Part shown: positions 36,779 to 48,400 of the stretch, piece by piece
Layout: the number at the start of each line of letters is the position of its first letter
Position numbering within the stretch: position 1 is the first letter of the stretch
NCBI GenBank assembly: GCA_973895155.1
Contig: OZ316892.1
Coordinates: 14,252,861-14,316,860 of the forward strand
Direction of reading: 5' to 3'
DNA length: 64,000 bases
Source of the DNA: Marsupella aquatica
Lineage: Eukaryota; Plantae; Marchantiophyta
Translations under genes and position numbers: made by a program
The notes under the pieces: model-generated
Database searches by the model: none
What the model was told of the DNA's origin: nothing
What the model saw: the letters and a program-made list of their open reading frames with translations, nothing else

Positions 36779-38329
36779 ATGTCTCGCTACAGACGCCTGA
36801 CGGAGGCGGGATTTGACACGGAGGACTCGGAGCTATTCGAGTTCGGAGAGGTGGGTAAGGATTTCTTAGATAAGCTTATAGAAGGAGATGCAGTATTAGG
36901 ACATCCAGCTGGGACCGGAAGTGTCCAGCAGCAGAAGAGCATTCGCGAACATATACGCGCAGTTCCATCCACTGAGCTCGCGTGCACTGAGTTTTCCTGC
37001 AAGCTGCGTCATTCGACTAGCTATCGCCTTGCCCAAGACCAGCAGAATATTGAGAACGCGGACCCGAATGTCTGTCCACCTGATCCTACGAAGAAGCCAA
37101 CCGTTACAACCATCTGTTCTCACAGCTCTACCGCAACCGGTGCTCCTCTCCAGGGCCAGCGACCACAAGGCGGTCGAGGAAGGGGTGGAGACTCATTGAG
37201 CAGTCGGTGGATTGGACGAAACATCGAAGAACGGAGTAGCAAATGGTGGACTGTGGGTTGCGAGTCTTTCCGTAGCGACAATTCAGCCAGCATTCTAGAT
37301 AATCCAAGTGCACCCTCTTCAAGGCCAACATTCGGTCAGTGGACACCGTCTACACAGCGAGGGAACTCGTATCGAGACCGAGATCCAGCACAACCTCAGG
37401 AGAAATGGTCCTGCTCTGTGCATTCATCTAGTATTGATCTCTGTCACTGCCAGAGATTCCCAAAAGAATCGTCACCGCGAGAGGGCCAGTTCAATGATCC
37501 CATCCCAGGGCCGGAGAAGAGGTCTCTTCCCTCCATAATGCATCCCAGGTCAGACGCTTCTTACGGTGGTTCCTTCACTCAGGAGAGGGGTCCAATTCTT
37601 CAGAGAAGTAGTTCGGCAAGAGATGCAGCAGCTCTGCAGAGAAGTAGCTCGACGAGAGAAACGCCGGCGCAGCGATCTGAGATGTCCATTGACGACTGGA
37701 CAGACCATCCGGCAGCTTCCAAAAGTGCTCACGTGTCCGACAGAACGAAACACCGCGTGAGCTTTTCCTTGACCGAAAATCACGAGGTTGGGACGCAGAA
37801 GCTGCGTGAAAAGTTAAGGGAGCATGTTGCGCCTTGCAAGAAAGTCTCGCGTGCGAAGCAGCAAACTTCAAATCAGCATCCGGATCGAAATATCTCGGTT
37901 GGTTGCTGCGACCAGCCAGGCTTCGTCGAGCGCGAGAAAGAGGACATTTGCGGTGGAACGGCATACACAATCTATGGAGTGAAGGAGGTAAAGGACTACC
38001 CCAAAGCATCGTCTGGGCGCCATCACCAGCTTGCTCGCGCATGCTCGCTTCGAGAAAATGTTTCCAATTACACAAAGATGCCGCGATCGAGCTCTGTGAA
38101 TGCTGGAGGGAGGCATATCATGCCAATGGAGTGCGACACCTGTGGTAAGGGTAGCATAGGCATCGTCTTCCTCGGACTATCTGGGGAGGACGCTAGTTTT
38201 TGCAAAGCTTGTAATAAATCTTCTTCTGGGTCAGGATGGAGCTGCGGGGAAATGAAGCTTCCTAAAAAGAAGAAGTCCATCATGGACTACTGCCGGAATA
38301 TTTTGAGGCTCCCTCAAAAGTTGAGATGA
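36779..38329 (+). CDS. Uncharacterised 516-aa protein, largely low-complexity, with a C-terminal CxxC-x18-CxxC motif
   Basis: A single 1551-bp ATG-to-stop ORF in a GC-elevated region, far longer than background ORFs. It ends in CDTC...FCKAC and a basic tail KKKKSIMDYCRNILRL. No TE motifs were seen and no family was recognised. Confidence 0.75.
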   Translation: MSRYRRLTEAGFDTEDSELFEFGEVGKDFLDKLIEGDAVLGHPAGTGSVQQQKSIREHIRAVPSTELACTEFSCKLRHSTSYRLAQDQQNIENADPNVCPPDPTKKPTVTTICSHSSTATGAPLQGQRPQGGRGRGGDSLSSRWIGRNIEERSSKWWTVGCESFRSDNSASILDNPSAPSSRPTFGQWTPSTQRGNSYRDRDPAQPQEKWSCSVHSSSIDLCHCQRFPKESSPREGQFNDPIPGPEKRSLPSIMHPRSDASYGGSFTQERGPILQRSSSARDAAALQRSSSTRETPAQRSEMSIDDWTDHPAASKSAHVSDRTKHRVSFSLTENHEVGTQKLREKLREHVAPCKKVSRAKQQTSNQHPDRNISVGCCDQPGFVEREKEDICGGTAYTIYGVKEVKDYPKASSGRHHQLARACSLRENVSNYTKMPRSSSVNAGGRHIMPMECDTCGKGSIGIVFLGLSGEDASFCKACNKSSSGSGWSCGEMKLPKKKKSIMDYCRNILRLPQKLR

Positions 38330-39397
38330 AGAGGTGTTCGGGAGTACGTCCCTCCTGCCATTACTCTCTGTCGAAGGCTTGGACCGGTTAATTGGACAAA
38401 TACCTGAATCTCTAACTTGGGGATTCATTGTCACGCGGTCGGACCAGGAACTCGTAGGTTGATCGCTAAGTTTTGACCGAACTCCAATGTATCTAGCACA
38501 GCCGCTTATAGTGAACCTGTTTTTGTAGTATTGACGATGTAGCTTGCTCCGAAGTGAAGGCAGACTTCCAATCTGATCTCCAGATTTGCATTCGACCGAA
38601 ATGAACCGGGCTATTCGTATGAACTTGACCACAATTCATGAATTGTCGCTGCTAGTAATGCTATATGTTTGAGCATGAGTTTGTCTGATGGATTTCATGT
38701 TGAAGTTCACTCGGGTGTTCACTCGATCTGGAGCTTCCGTTGGAAGCTTCTACGGAGTTCTCTTGTCCCTTTCCAAAGTTCGCATGGGTTTCCTGGGGGA
38801 CAGTAGTTGGAATAAGTTTTGGAATCGCTTCTTTAGACTTGGCGGTACTATCGGTCGGGGCCGAATCCGAAAGCTTGAGAAACCTACTGTACTGTCCAGC
38901 TTCACGCCATTGTTTGCCTTGGAGCAAAGGGACATGCAATCAATAAGAGTTAGTTGCCCTGGTATCAATTGTGAAGAAGCTACTGAAATTGATGCAAATT
39001 CTCAAAGCTTTTCTGGGTTTTGGCAGTTCAGTTCGCACTAATGTGGCAGTTACTTTTCATGATGGAGGGATGCAATCCCAACCCTGAAATTGAAAGGGGA
39101 GTACTAAAACAAATAAAGACAATCTTCGTGCAAAGTACTGCCCACCACCAACGGAAGAGGCCGTTACCTCCACAGTGGTAACAAGGAGTTCCCTTTGCTG
39201 CCTTAATCGTCAACCTGTCACTAGCCCTAGTGTACATTATTCAACCAGACAGTGAGACAGTGGTGAACATCTTAGAGTTGAACAACAGTATATTAATTAT
39301 GAATAGTGACGTGTAACCTTTCTGGTAGAGGTAATTGCTTGATGGGACCGCAAATGGAAATGTTTTACTTCATAGGACCTCTGAAATTTTGGTACGT

Positions 39398-40385
39398 TGA
39401 TTCATGGTAAATCAAGGTGATTCATGGTAAATCAAGGGTCACAGAAGGGTCATAAACACATTTCGTTTTGGAGTCCGATCAAACAAATCACTCTTTCTAG
39501 TATAATTATGTTTACTTTTATGAGGCTTCATCCCTCTTTCTAGTATAATTATGTTCCTTTTATGAGGCTTCAATGCTCCCTAGCAACTACCAGAAGGGCA
39601 CAGTTTTCTTAATGTTTTACGCGAGGTGAAAGGTAGTATAGAGAAATATAACGACTGTACCTCCAAACAATTTTTTTCCCTTAATGTCCACCAAAGGTAT
39701 CATTTTATATCATAAGCTCTTACGACACAATTTTTCCTTATCCACTACAAAGGCATTGTTTAGTGTTTAACCACGCTGCCAAATGCATTGGACTACACTT
39801 GCATTGTCAAGCCAACTGTTCATTGTGCGTCCGTAACACTATATGGAAACTACAATTGCAATGTCAAGTCAACTGTTCATTGTGCGTCCATAACACAATA
39901 TGGAAATGTCAAGTCAGCGTTCACTGTGCAGCTGTAATAGTATATGGAATATAGTAGTTAGAACATATATATATATATATGGTATTAAAGTTTTGGGCAA
40001 ACAATAACCTAGGCGCATACAATTGAAATGGATGTGTGGTTTTGAACAGAATATCACCTGGAAAGAATTTGAAACTTTGGGTCCATTGGGAGAGACTCTT
40101 CATCTTTTGGTCCATTAAGAGATTTGTCTTGGGTTTGAAGGTACACTAAGTATATGTATCTAGTACAGTAAATGTAAAGTTCTATATATGCACTAATTTT
40201 GATGTTACTATATCCCGCAGTACTTTGTCTTATTCAGACTTTTGTTGTGTATTCTGATTTCAAAGTTTTTTAACATAGTAGACCATAGATTTTGAATTTA
40301 TATTGGCAGACTTTTGTTGTGTATTCTTATTTCAAAGTTTCTTAACAAAGTACATCCCTTGTATAGTTTAGATTTTGAATTCATA
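39398..40385. repeat. Cluster of short tandem duplications
   Basis: tgattcatggtaaatcaagg x2 (~39398-39437), ctttctagtataattatgtt...ttatgaggcttca x2 (~39493-39572), a ~57-bp unit x2 plus a partial third (~39793-39930), and cagacttttgttgtgtattct.atttcaaagtt x2 (~40235, ~40307). Confidence 0.85.
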
Positions 40386-41107
40386 TCCGGCACCTCTCTA
40401 AATATTTTTAATCCTGGCTATCCTAATGCTCTTCTTTCTCGCTATTTCTAGATTCCAATATTGTGTGTCTAACCCTTCAACAAATCTCATGTAATTTCTA
40501 GCACTTCTTCTCATAAGTGGGAAAGAAATGATTCTAAACGAAGTGCACATCTTGTGTCTTTAAGTTCTCATCATGGTTTTGTTTCCTAAATTTATGGTAC
40601 AATACTTATCTAGTTGTACATTTCTGTTACTCTTATCCATGGAATCTATTTTTGGTAGATTGTCCTGTTACATTCTTGTTACATTGTTATTATTATGTGA
40701 TAAGTGCATAGGATATGATTCATGATTTTTTCCTATGTGCATGGTTGCACTACCTAGCTAGTGAGTGCATTGAAAATAGTTTATGAACTTTTCTCATATT
40801 GATTGTCATGACTCGCATATGAGACCCTTCATATTCTGAGCTTGTATCACACTTCTCAAGTGGACAAGTGCTGATTTTAAATGTAATTCTCTGCCACACT
40901 TATCTATAATTGGTTCTTATGTATGCATTGCAGGAACTGTTAAATACATGTGTACAAGTGTAGATGGAAATGCACTTATATATTTGATGTTTAGTAAAGG
41001 TTAACCTGCACTTCAGTGCATTTTTGGGTGTATGTTCCAAATGAAAGTGCTCTAATATTGGGGGAGAACATGACCACCTGCAGTAAACCATGGAGTGCAC
41101 TTATACA

Positions 41108-41154
41108 TGTTGCACTTACTGTTGCACTTACTGTTGCACTTACTGTTGCACTTA
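41108..41154. repeat. 12-bp minisatellite
   Basis: (tgttgcacttac) repeated about four times. Confidence 0.9.
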
Positions 41155-42689
41155 TGCATTTGGATCAATGAGTATTAGTGTGACCCTGGGCAAATGCCCA
41201 TGCCATTTCCTGCATGGGGACAATGCCCTGCCTTTCCAATTGTCATTAAAATGAGTCGAAACCGTACAACATTTACTATTCATGGTGAGACAAGATACAC
41301 AATTGCAACGGTTTTCATAATAGGCTTGGTCACCCTACTTTAGAGTAACTCATTCTAATTGCGTGGACTACGAAATGAGATATAAGATTAATAGGGGTGA
41401 AGAGTAGAATCCCCAGTGTATTATGTGTTCCCCCGTGTACTAGGTTGGGTCTTTGTACCCCCTAATTGTCGGTGGCTGGCTTTTGCCACTCTCCGCCTCT
41501 CGCCTTTGCCTAAACGACCTTGGTCGCCTGCTTATAAAAACAAATGTGGGGACATCTGCTTCTCAAAGATACTACGACATGGGTGCATGGAATATTTCTT
41601 TGTCCTTTAAAGCACCTTTTACTCAAATGTACCTAAAACACAGTACAGCCCAACTGCTCTTGGAAAAGGAGCCCGCTTTTGCACTACAGTTTTTCCACAA
41701 TTTTAATGTTTTTAATGATCGAAGCGCACGTGACGAACGTGAAGCCATGTGCTTTTTGCTTTAGATTACTTCCATGTCTTTCTTTGAATAAAAAGATATT
41801 ACAAAGTACCATGCTTTACTTACCTAACCTCCAAAGTGCCTCTAATTACTCACCCGCCACCCAAATTGTATGTAGATAACCCAAATTACCCATCATCCAC
41901 TTGGGTCATATTGTTGGTACCTTATTCTAGTGCCTGATTAGGCTAACAAGGGCACTAATTTCATTTAGCTGCCTCAGCCACATTGGCACAATAAGTCCTT
42001 TTCTAAGGGCATTCTGGCACTTCGATATTGCGGTCATCAGCTGGGTCCTTGGTCTCCTCTGGGGACTAAATGGTCCCACATCCTCCAAGACTGTGGCTGA
42101 ATGTTAGCAGGCTTTTCACATATGATATAGCTGGCTCGTTTTAATACCGTACCCTATTTAGAGTATTGATTAATTTAACTAGTTTTTGAAATAGAGGCTA
42201 TCCAATACTATTCAAATGTATTGAAACAATGATTCTAAAAAAATTAATGAAATAAAAATGCAGGCCTTTAAAGTGAGAAGAGGTACTATACCTTTGTGCC
42301 AGACAAGTGCATTAACTTGAATATGTAGGTCAATGTACCTTAGGAGTACAGTACTTTCTAGTTGAAGGAGAAGTAGCCCTCTCTATTTAGGTGACACATT
42401 GGAAAATTTTGACCAGTGGACATATAAACTACAGTGCATCTCTACTGGTTGAGCCTCGTGAGTCTAATCTTGTCATTCAGATAATGAAGAAATGTTAGGT
42501 AGAAATAAGAAAACAATAATATTATATATAAACACGTATGTCTAATGTACCAGATAGAAACTAATGATATGATAAGATTTCATAACATATGAATGTGTAG
42601 ATTTCTAACTTATCAAATAATTGAAACTATGGACCTGAAAAAAATTGAAAAAAATTGAAGGGGTTAGGCTAGACCAGATGTATTCAAAA

Positions 42690-43397
42690 ATACATAACCA
42701 GCTCTTCTAATAAGACAAGAAGGGCAGAAACATATATATCAAACTGCCAAAGAGCAGGAGGCGCTGAACCGGGAGACAGGATCCCACAGGCCAAAAAACC
42801 CAATCAAGAAAAAACAAGAAAAAAGCCAAAAGGCCAAAGAGCAAAAACAAAAAAGACCAGGCACAAGCCCAGCCCAAGGAGAACAAAGGACACACAAACC
42901 TAAAGACTACCCAACGGCAAAGTGAAGGGCCTCATAAAGCTCCGTCGTGAACTGCATAGGGGGGTCAAGCAATGGAATTCGACTAGATGCCCGGACTCCA
43001 ACCGTCTCGCCTCTACGAAGGATAGTGAAGGCCTGTGCACGCTGTTGTGCAATGGACACCCTCTGTCTAAAAAAGGATGTGATAAGAGAGACGGGTGGAT
43101 AAGGCCGCCGCTCGACATAATGAACCGCACAGGAGCGCAAGAACTGGTCAAAAGTCGGGTGCAGCGCTCCAAAGACCTCCACGGCAAACGGGTAGAAAAG
43201 GTCCCCTGGGTAACGCGTAGCATAAGCCTCCTCCTTGAGGCGAGCAGCCCTCGTGGCAGCATGACCTGGGATGTGGGCAGCGGATGCCAAATTGGCTCCA
43301 CTTGTGGGGTCAACAACAACCACATCCCCAAGGGCAGAAGTATAGCAGTCTCATATAGCAGAAGATGTCCCGACATACATCCCGGTCACACAAAGTG
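42690..43397 (-). mobile_element. 5'-truncated non-LTR retrotransposon of the RLE class (CRE-like), endonuclease end plus 3' UTR
   Basis: ORF 43323-42907: DVVVVDP...AATRAARLKEEAY....DLFYPFAVEVFGAL...FL...FFRQRVSIAQQRAQA, which fits the D...K..KY / F.PFA.E.FG / R.S.A.QR..A pattern of restriction-like-endonuclease LINE C-termini. It is followed by a pyrimidine-rich 3' UTR-like tract. There is an in-frame stop upstream and no RT domain. Confidence 0.75.
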
Positions 43398-45405
43398 ACA
43401 AAGGACACATGTTATCTAGTTTTTGTTTGATAATAAAACCACAATGTAACTTCTCCTCTGTCTGGCCCCCACCAAAGGACTTCTTCAACAACTATTATAA
43501 TTTTTTAAATTTATTTTTATTATAAATCATGTCTTGATACCTCCCAAGTCTTTTTACAAGATTTCTCCCATGCATCCATCTTCGGGAAATTATAATTTTT
43601 GGCCAACACTGCAACCATTGAGGCAAATACCAATTACTTTGACTGATAAGGATTACCTGACCTGATTTTCCATGCCCAAAAGATCATATGTTGAACTTCT
43701 AGATAATCAATAATCAGGTCATAGGCTTTTCCTGGTCAATATATGCTAGCAATTGCAGTCCCTCTTGCAGATCGCTGACTGCCACAACTCCCCGCCATCC
43801 TGTTGTGCAAGTGTTGGCTGGTATGCACAATTGGCTTGTGGCGCGGGGCCCTGTAAAGGTGCAATTGGGACCACAATGTGTGGAGGTATGAAAGTTAGTG
43901 TGTTCTGTCATTGCAGACCTGGATTTACAAAAGACACATGTGCAAGAATCCAATCCTCTATCACAAGGAGTGTCATCTCCATGTTTCCCTAACTTGCCTC
44001 CCGTCTAAACTCAAATTCACAATTTACAAGAAAACCTCATCTTGGCACAATTATATGTTATGCACTCTACACCTTCTAAATCCTGCAACATTTGACTCAT
44101 CCAAAAATTGGACTCTATCTTGCAGACTTGCACAGTGGCCAGTTCCTCTGCCTGGAATTGACACTTCACTAGACTAAACAAACTGAGATGCAAACAAAAT
44201 TTTACTGCCCTTAAACTTGCTGCAGCCTTACTATTGGGACCCTTACTATTGCATGTCAAAATAATTGCATGTCAAAATGTGACAATGTACTATATTCATT
44301 CCTTACCATGATAAAGCCAATTATTTGTTTGAATCACTGTATGTTATTTTGGCCGTCTTTTTCATGTGCAATCACAGGATGCCAGCAGTAGCCCGGGAAT
44401 GGCTATGATGGCTGCATATGTGAGAATAGTTAGACAACAGTAAGTGTCCCAATAATGACACTGTACTACATATCCCCTACCATGATAAAGCCAATTATTT
44501 GTTTAAATCGCTGTATTTTGGCCGTCTTCCATCTGCGATTACAGCGATGCCAATATTAGTAACCTCCCGATAGCCGCATATTTCAGACTCCCTAATAGTG
44601 TTTTAGTTTTTGCGCGAACCCGATCTTCACTACAGTTCTGTAATGGACCACTGTTTCAACTTTTGTATTTATTGCGCTAACCTGATCGTCACTTCTGTAC
44701 TGTAATAATAATGGACACCACTGACCAGTCACCAGTCCTACTAGTGACTAGTCCTACGGGACGGAATCGGCCCACACCCATAGGAACCACGTGGTTGACT
44801 ATTCTCCTTGACTCGAATGACCCAATATTTATTTCAGGATGTTCGGGACTCCAGGTCCTCCTTGCCACGCGCTCCTGCTCGAGGTCAAGGTCGAGGTCCC
44901 CCGATGCTCTATCGCCTACATACATCCAACACTACAGTGGGCGTGCGAGTTCAGGGGATTGACCTCTCCAGCCATCTTTTCGCTGGACTGTCATTCGTTT
45001 CCTGCTCTGAGGTCTAGTAGTGAAACCGCCGTTGAAGCCGCCTCTGATCCTGTGCACAGATATCAGAAGGTTGCGCTTTTTGGCCCTGCTTAATCATTCA
45101 CTGCGCAGACAAGAAAATTTAAGGACGCGAGATCTCATTTCCGTCGAGTCGAGTGAGGCGGATCCTTGGTGCTTCTGCAATTCCAAGATTTCTGGTTTGC
45201 CTCGTTTAGAACTCAGTATCGTAGGACAGCTAGTGGAGGTCATTCTGATCGAGCTACATCGCGTGGTTTCGTTCAACCAATATCACCGAAACTTAGTCTG
45301 TCTCTGCGTTGATGGGCCAGATTTTTTTCCGTGAGGACTAGTCAATTTCAATTTGAAGGAGGAGGAGCTCTGTTGTATGGGCGTGTTGCAGGTCTGATCT
45401 CGAAT

Positions 45406-48400
45406 ATGGCGCTGACAGTAGACAAGACGTTACAATGTTCCATCTCACGACAGCTCCCTGTTGGGATCGAGAAAATTCGTCCTCCCAGACGGTTGTCATC
45501 TCGGAACACCCACAATCGGACGACTACAAAGAGAGGAGTATTTTGCTCGGCTCAAAGCGATGTGCAGACGAAGGAATCGTTGCTGACATCTGTAAGCTCT
45601 GAAAATGGTTCGACTCTTTCTCAGTCTCCCAATAGAAGGGTAGGCGACGGCACCCTGAGCTTACGGGCGATGATTACAATCAGGAAGAAGCGTGTCGTAG
45701 ACGGCGATGATATGGCGGCCGAACGCATGGATGCTGTCGCCGATCTTCTCGGACAAAGCGTCACACTGCAGCTGATTAGTGTGGACATTGATCCAGGTAT
45801 ATATTCGGCTGTCAGTCCGGCCGTCGAACGGCCATCCTAATATCGTTCGGCTTGTGTGTCAATGCTATTGTTCAAAACTTTTCCGCATGGTTTTTGCATT
45901 TTTGTGGGAGCAGCGATTTCAATGTGCCATGAACTGGCTTGCGCGACTGCTTATTCCTGGAATTGTTGAAGTCTTCTTCATTGAAAAGGTAGAAGTTGAC
46001 TGGTCTCGTAGTTCGTTTCGTGAATGTTAGGTTCCCAGTATACCCTGACATACGTATCAGGAATCCAGGTGGAGAAGTTCCTCCAAGCTGGCATCCTGGA
46101 AAGCCCTCCAATGTTTATGAAACATACTTAGTAGACTATTCTTGGTTCAGCACCCACCAATTTCGCTTTAGAGGCTTTTGATGCTATGGACAGTTTTCCG
46201 CATGTAGATCATGGTTTCGTTCTTATTGTCAGAAGGACTGCTTGGTCTAACATTAATTAGGAGCCCAATAAGGGGAGAGCGATCCGGCGGTCCCGCAACT
46301 GAGATTGTAAATTGTGACCCATTGTCAAACAAGGCAGCAATGATTTCTGTAGACAAGTAGTTCTGTCCTGAAATTCTCTTACCAGTGTCATAAATGTGAT
46401 CTATTTTGAAAAGTAAACTTCGTTCCTTAGGCTATATTATAACCTCCATTGATAAAAACACCTTCCATTCAAGGTTGAGTTTTTGAATTGACATGTTTCA
46501 ATCTGCTCGATGGCCACGATTGGTGGCAGTCACAGGGGTGGGGAAACGAAGCCAAGCCTCAAGCATAAAGGACTGGGCATCCAATGTGTTCGCCGTGGCA
46601 GACAAAGTGCAATACACGTCCGAGTTTGTCATTGACAAGTCCTTCGGTATTCCTGGGGCCCTCATTATCACCAACAACCACCGGAATGAGTTCTTCGTAG
46701 AGTCTGTATCTCTCCAAGGCCATCCATCTGGGACTGTGCATTTTCCTGCTCACACCTGGGTTCCTTCTCAGCAAAAGAATCCAGCACCAAGGGTGTATTT
46801 CAGTAACAAGGTTTGGCTTCTGAGATTTAAATTAGCTGCAACTTTCTCTTTATACAAAACTGGCCTTGACCTACAAGGTTACCTTCAGTTGTCAGATACT
46901 CTTGCGCTGACCAGCAGGTAGAAAAGGATATGGTTTTCCGTTCATGCAGAGGAGTGTTTTGAATGGGGAGTCTTCTGAGGTAACTAAGACCGTCGCCATT
47001 TTTTAAGTTTTCTTTGGTGCGAAAACAGAGCACTATTGAAAGTAATGAACACCGTGGAAACCATGCGCAGGTGTACCTTCCATCATCAACTCCGAAAGGA
47101 CTACGAGACTTGCGTGAACAGGATCTGATGGCTTACAGAGGGGATGGTAAAGGAATTCGTAAAGAGTGGGAGAATGTTTACGACTACGATGTATATAATG
47201 ATCTGTGTGATGTGGACACAAACGAAACATTTGTCAGGCCTATTTTGGGTGGATCCAAAGACTATCCATACCCTCGCCGTAATCGCACAGGACGACCTCC
47301 TGCCAAAACAGGTACTGCGGCTCAACTTCTAAAGGATTTTTGTTTCGCACTTCGGACTTTGGATTCGGAATTTTATATTTTTTTCACATCCATGTGAGCT
47401 GCAACAGATCTCAATAAATTTTCAAGTTGACTGCTGACTTGAATGACATCTGACGTCTCACTTCCGTTTGCGTTTCTCCATTGAGGTGCAATGTTAGTTA
47501 CTGTAGTGACGAAGTTTTCCATCTCCAATTTAACCAGCGTTTGGTGACCGATTGCAAGCAAGAAATCTGGATCGGCCTATGTACTTAAATATGTTAACTT
47601 TGTAGTCAGGACCATCTAGTGTAGTTTAGCAAGATGTTGAGTTTTTAAGTATTCTCCCAAGCTTGCATTTGTGGTTTCTTGTGATCTGGACAGAAAGGAT
47701 CCCTGCGAACGAGCTGGTAAACTTGCACTTGGTCATGGCCATGACGTCCTGACTAAATGGAATAGCTCATATCTGTCTGCAAGTTTTCAAACATGGGATA
47801 CGAGGTTTAATGAAATATCCATAAGCCGTGATCGCAATGTGCAGATCCTTCTAGGGAAAGCAGACTGCCAGACCCAAGTATACCATACGTGCCGAGAGAT
47901 GAAGCTTTTGAACCTATCAAGCAGCAGTGCTACTTGAGTACTGCTTTAAGAGGCCTAGTCCAGCAACGTGTCCCTGACCTTCGTGACCACTTTCGTGGTT
48001 CCCGTGATGAGTTTGACAGCTTTGATGAAATAGACCAGCTTTATAGTGAGGGAGTTCAAATAAAGGACAAGAATGATACACTACAGAATGTCCTCGAAAG
48101 TGTGAGAGACCTACCTATGTTTTCAATGCTACCAGACACTGTCAAGGTATTGGTGAATGCAGTCGCGGATCAACCAAAAGATGTCTTCCAATATCCACAA
48201 CCTCAGCTACTCTCCAGTAAGTTTCCTCACGTAATCCTAGTTTGCTCTAAATGATTCAGATTCTTGTTATTGGTACGAAGGCTATGAAAACTTCTTATAA
48301 TCCTTTGATGTGTATTTGTTGTCGACTTTCTCCATGTAATGCTGACGAAACTGAACAAATCGTTCGAGTCCGCAGAGCAAAGAAAACAATACCTTTGTTT

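Noticed and set aside
38439-38448. tcggaccagg, the 5' half of miR166
   Set aside because: Only 10 nt match, the 3' half differs and no precursor hairpin is evident.
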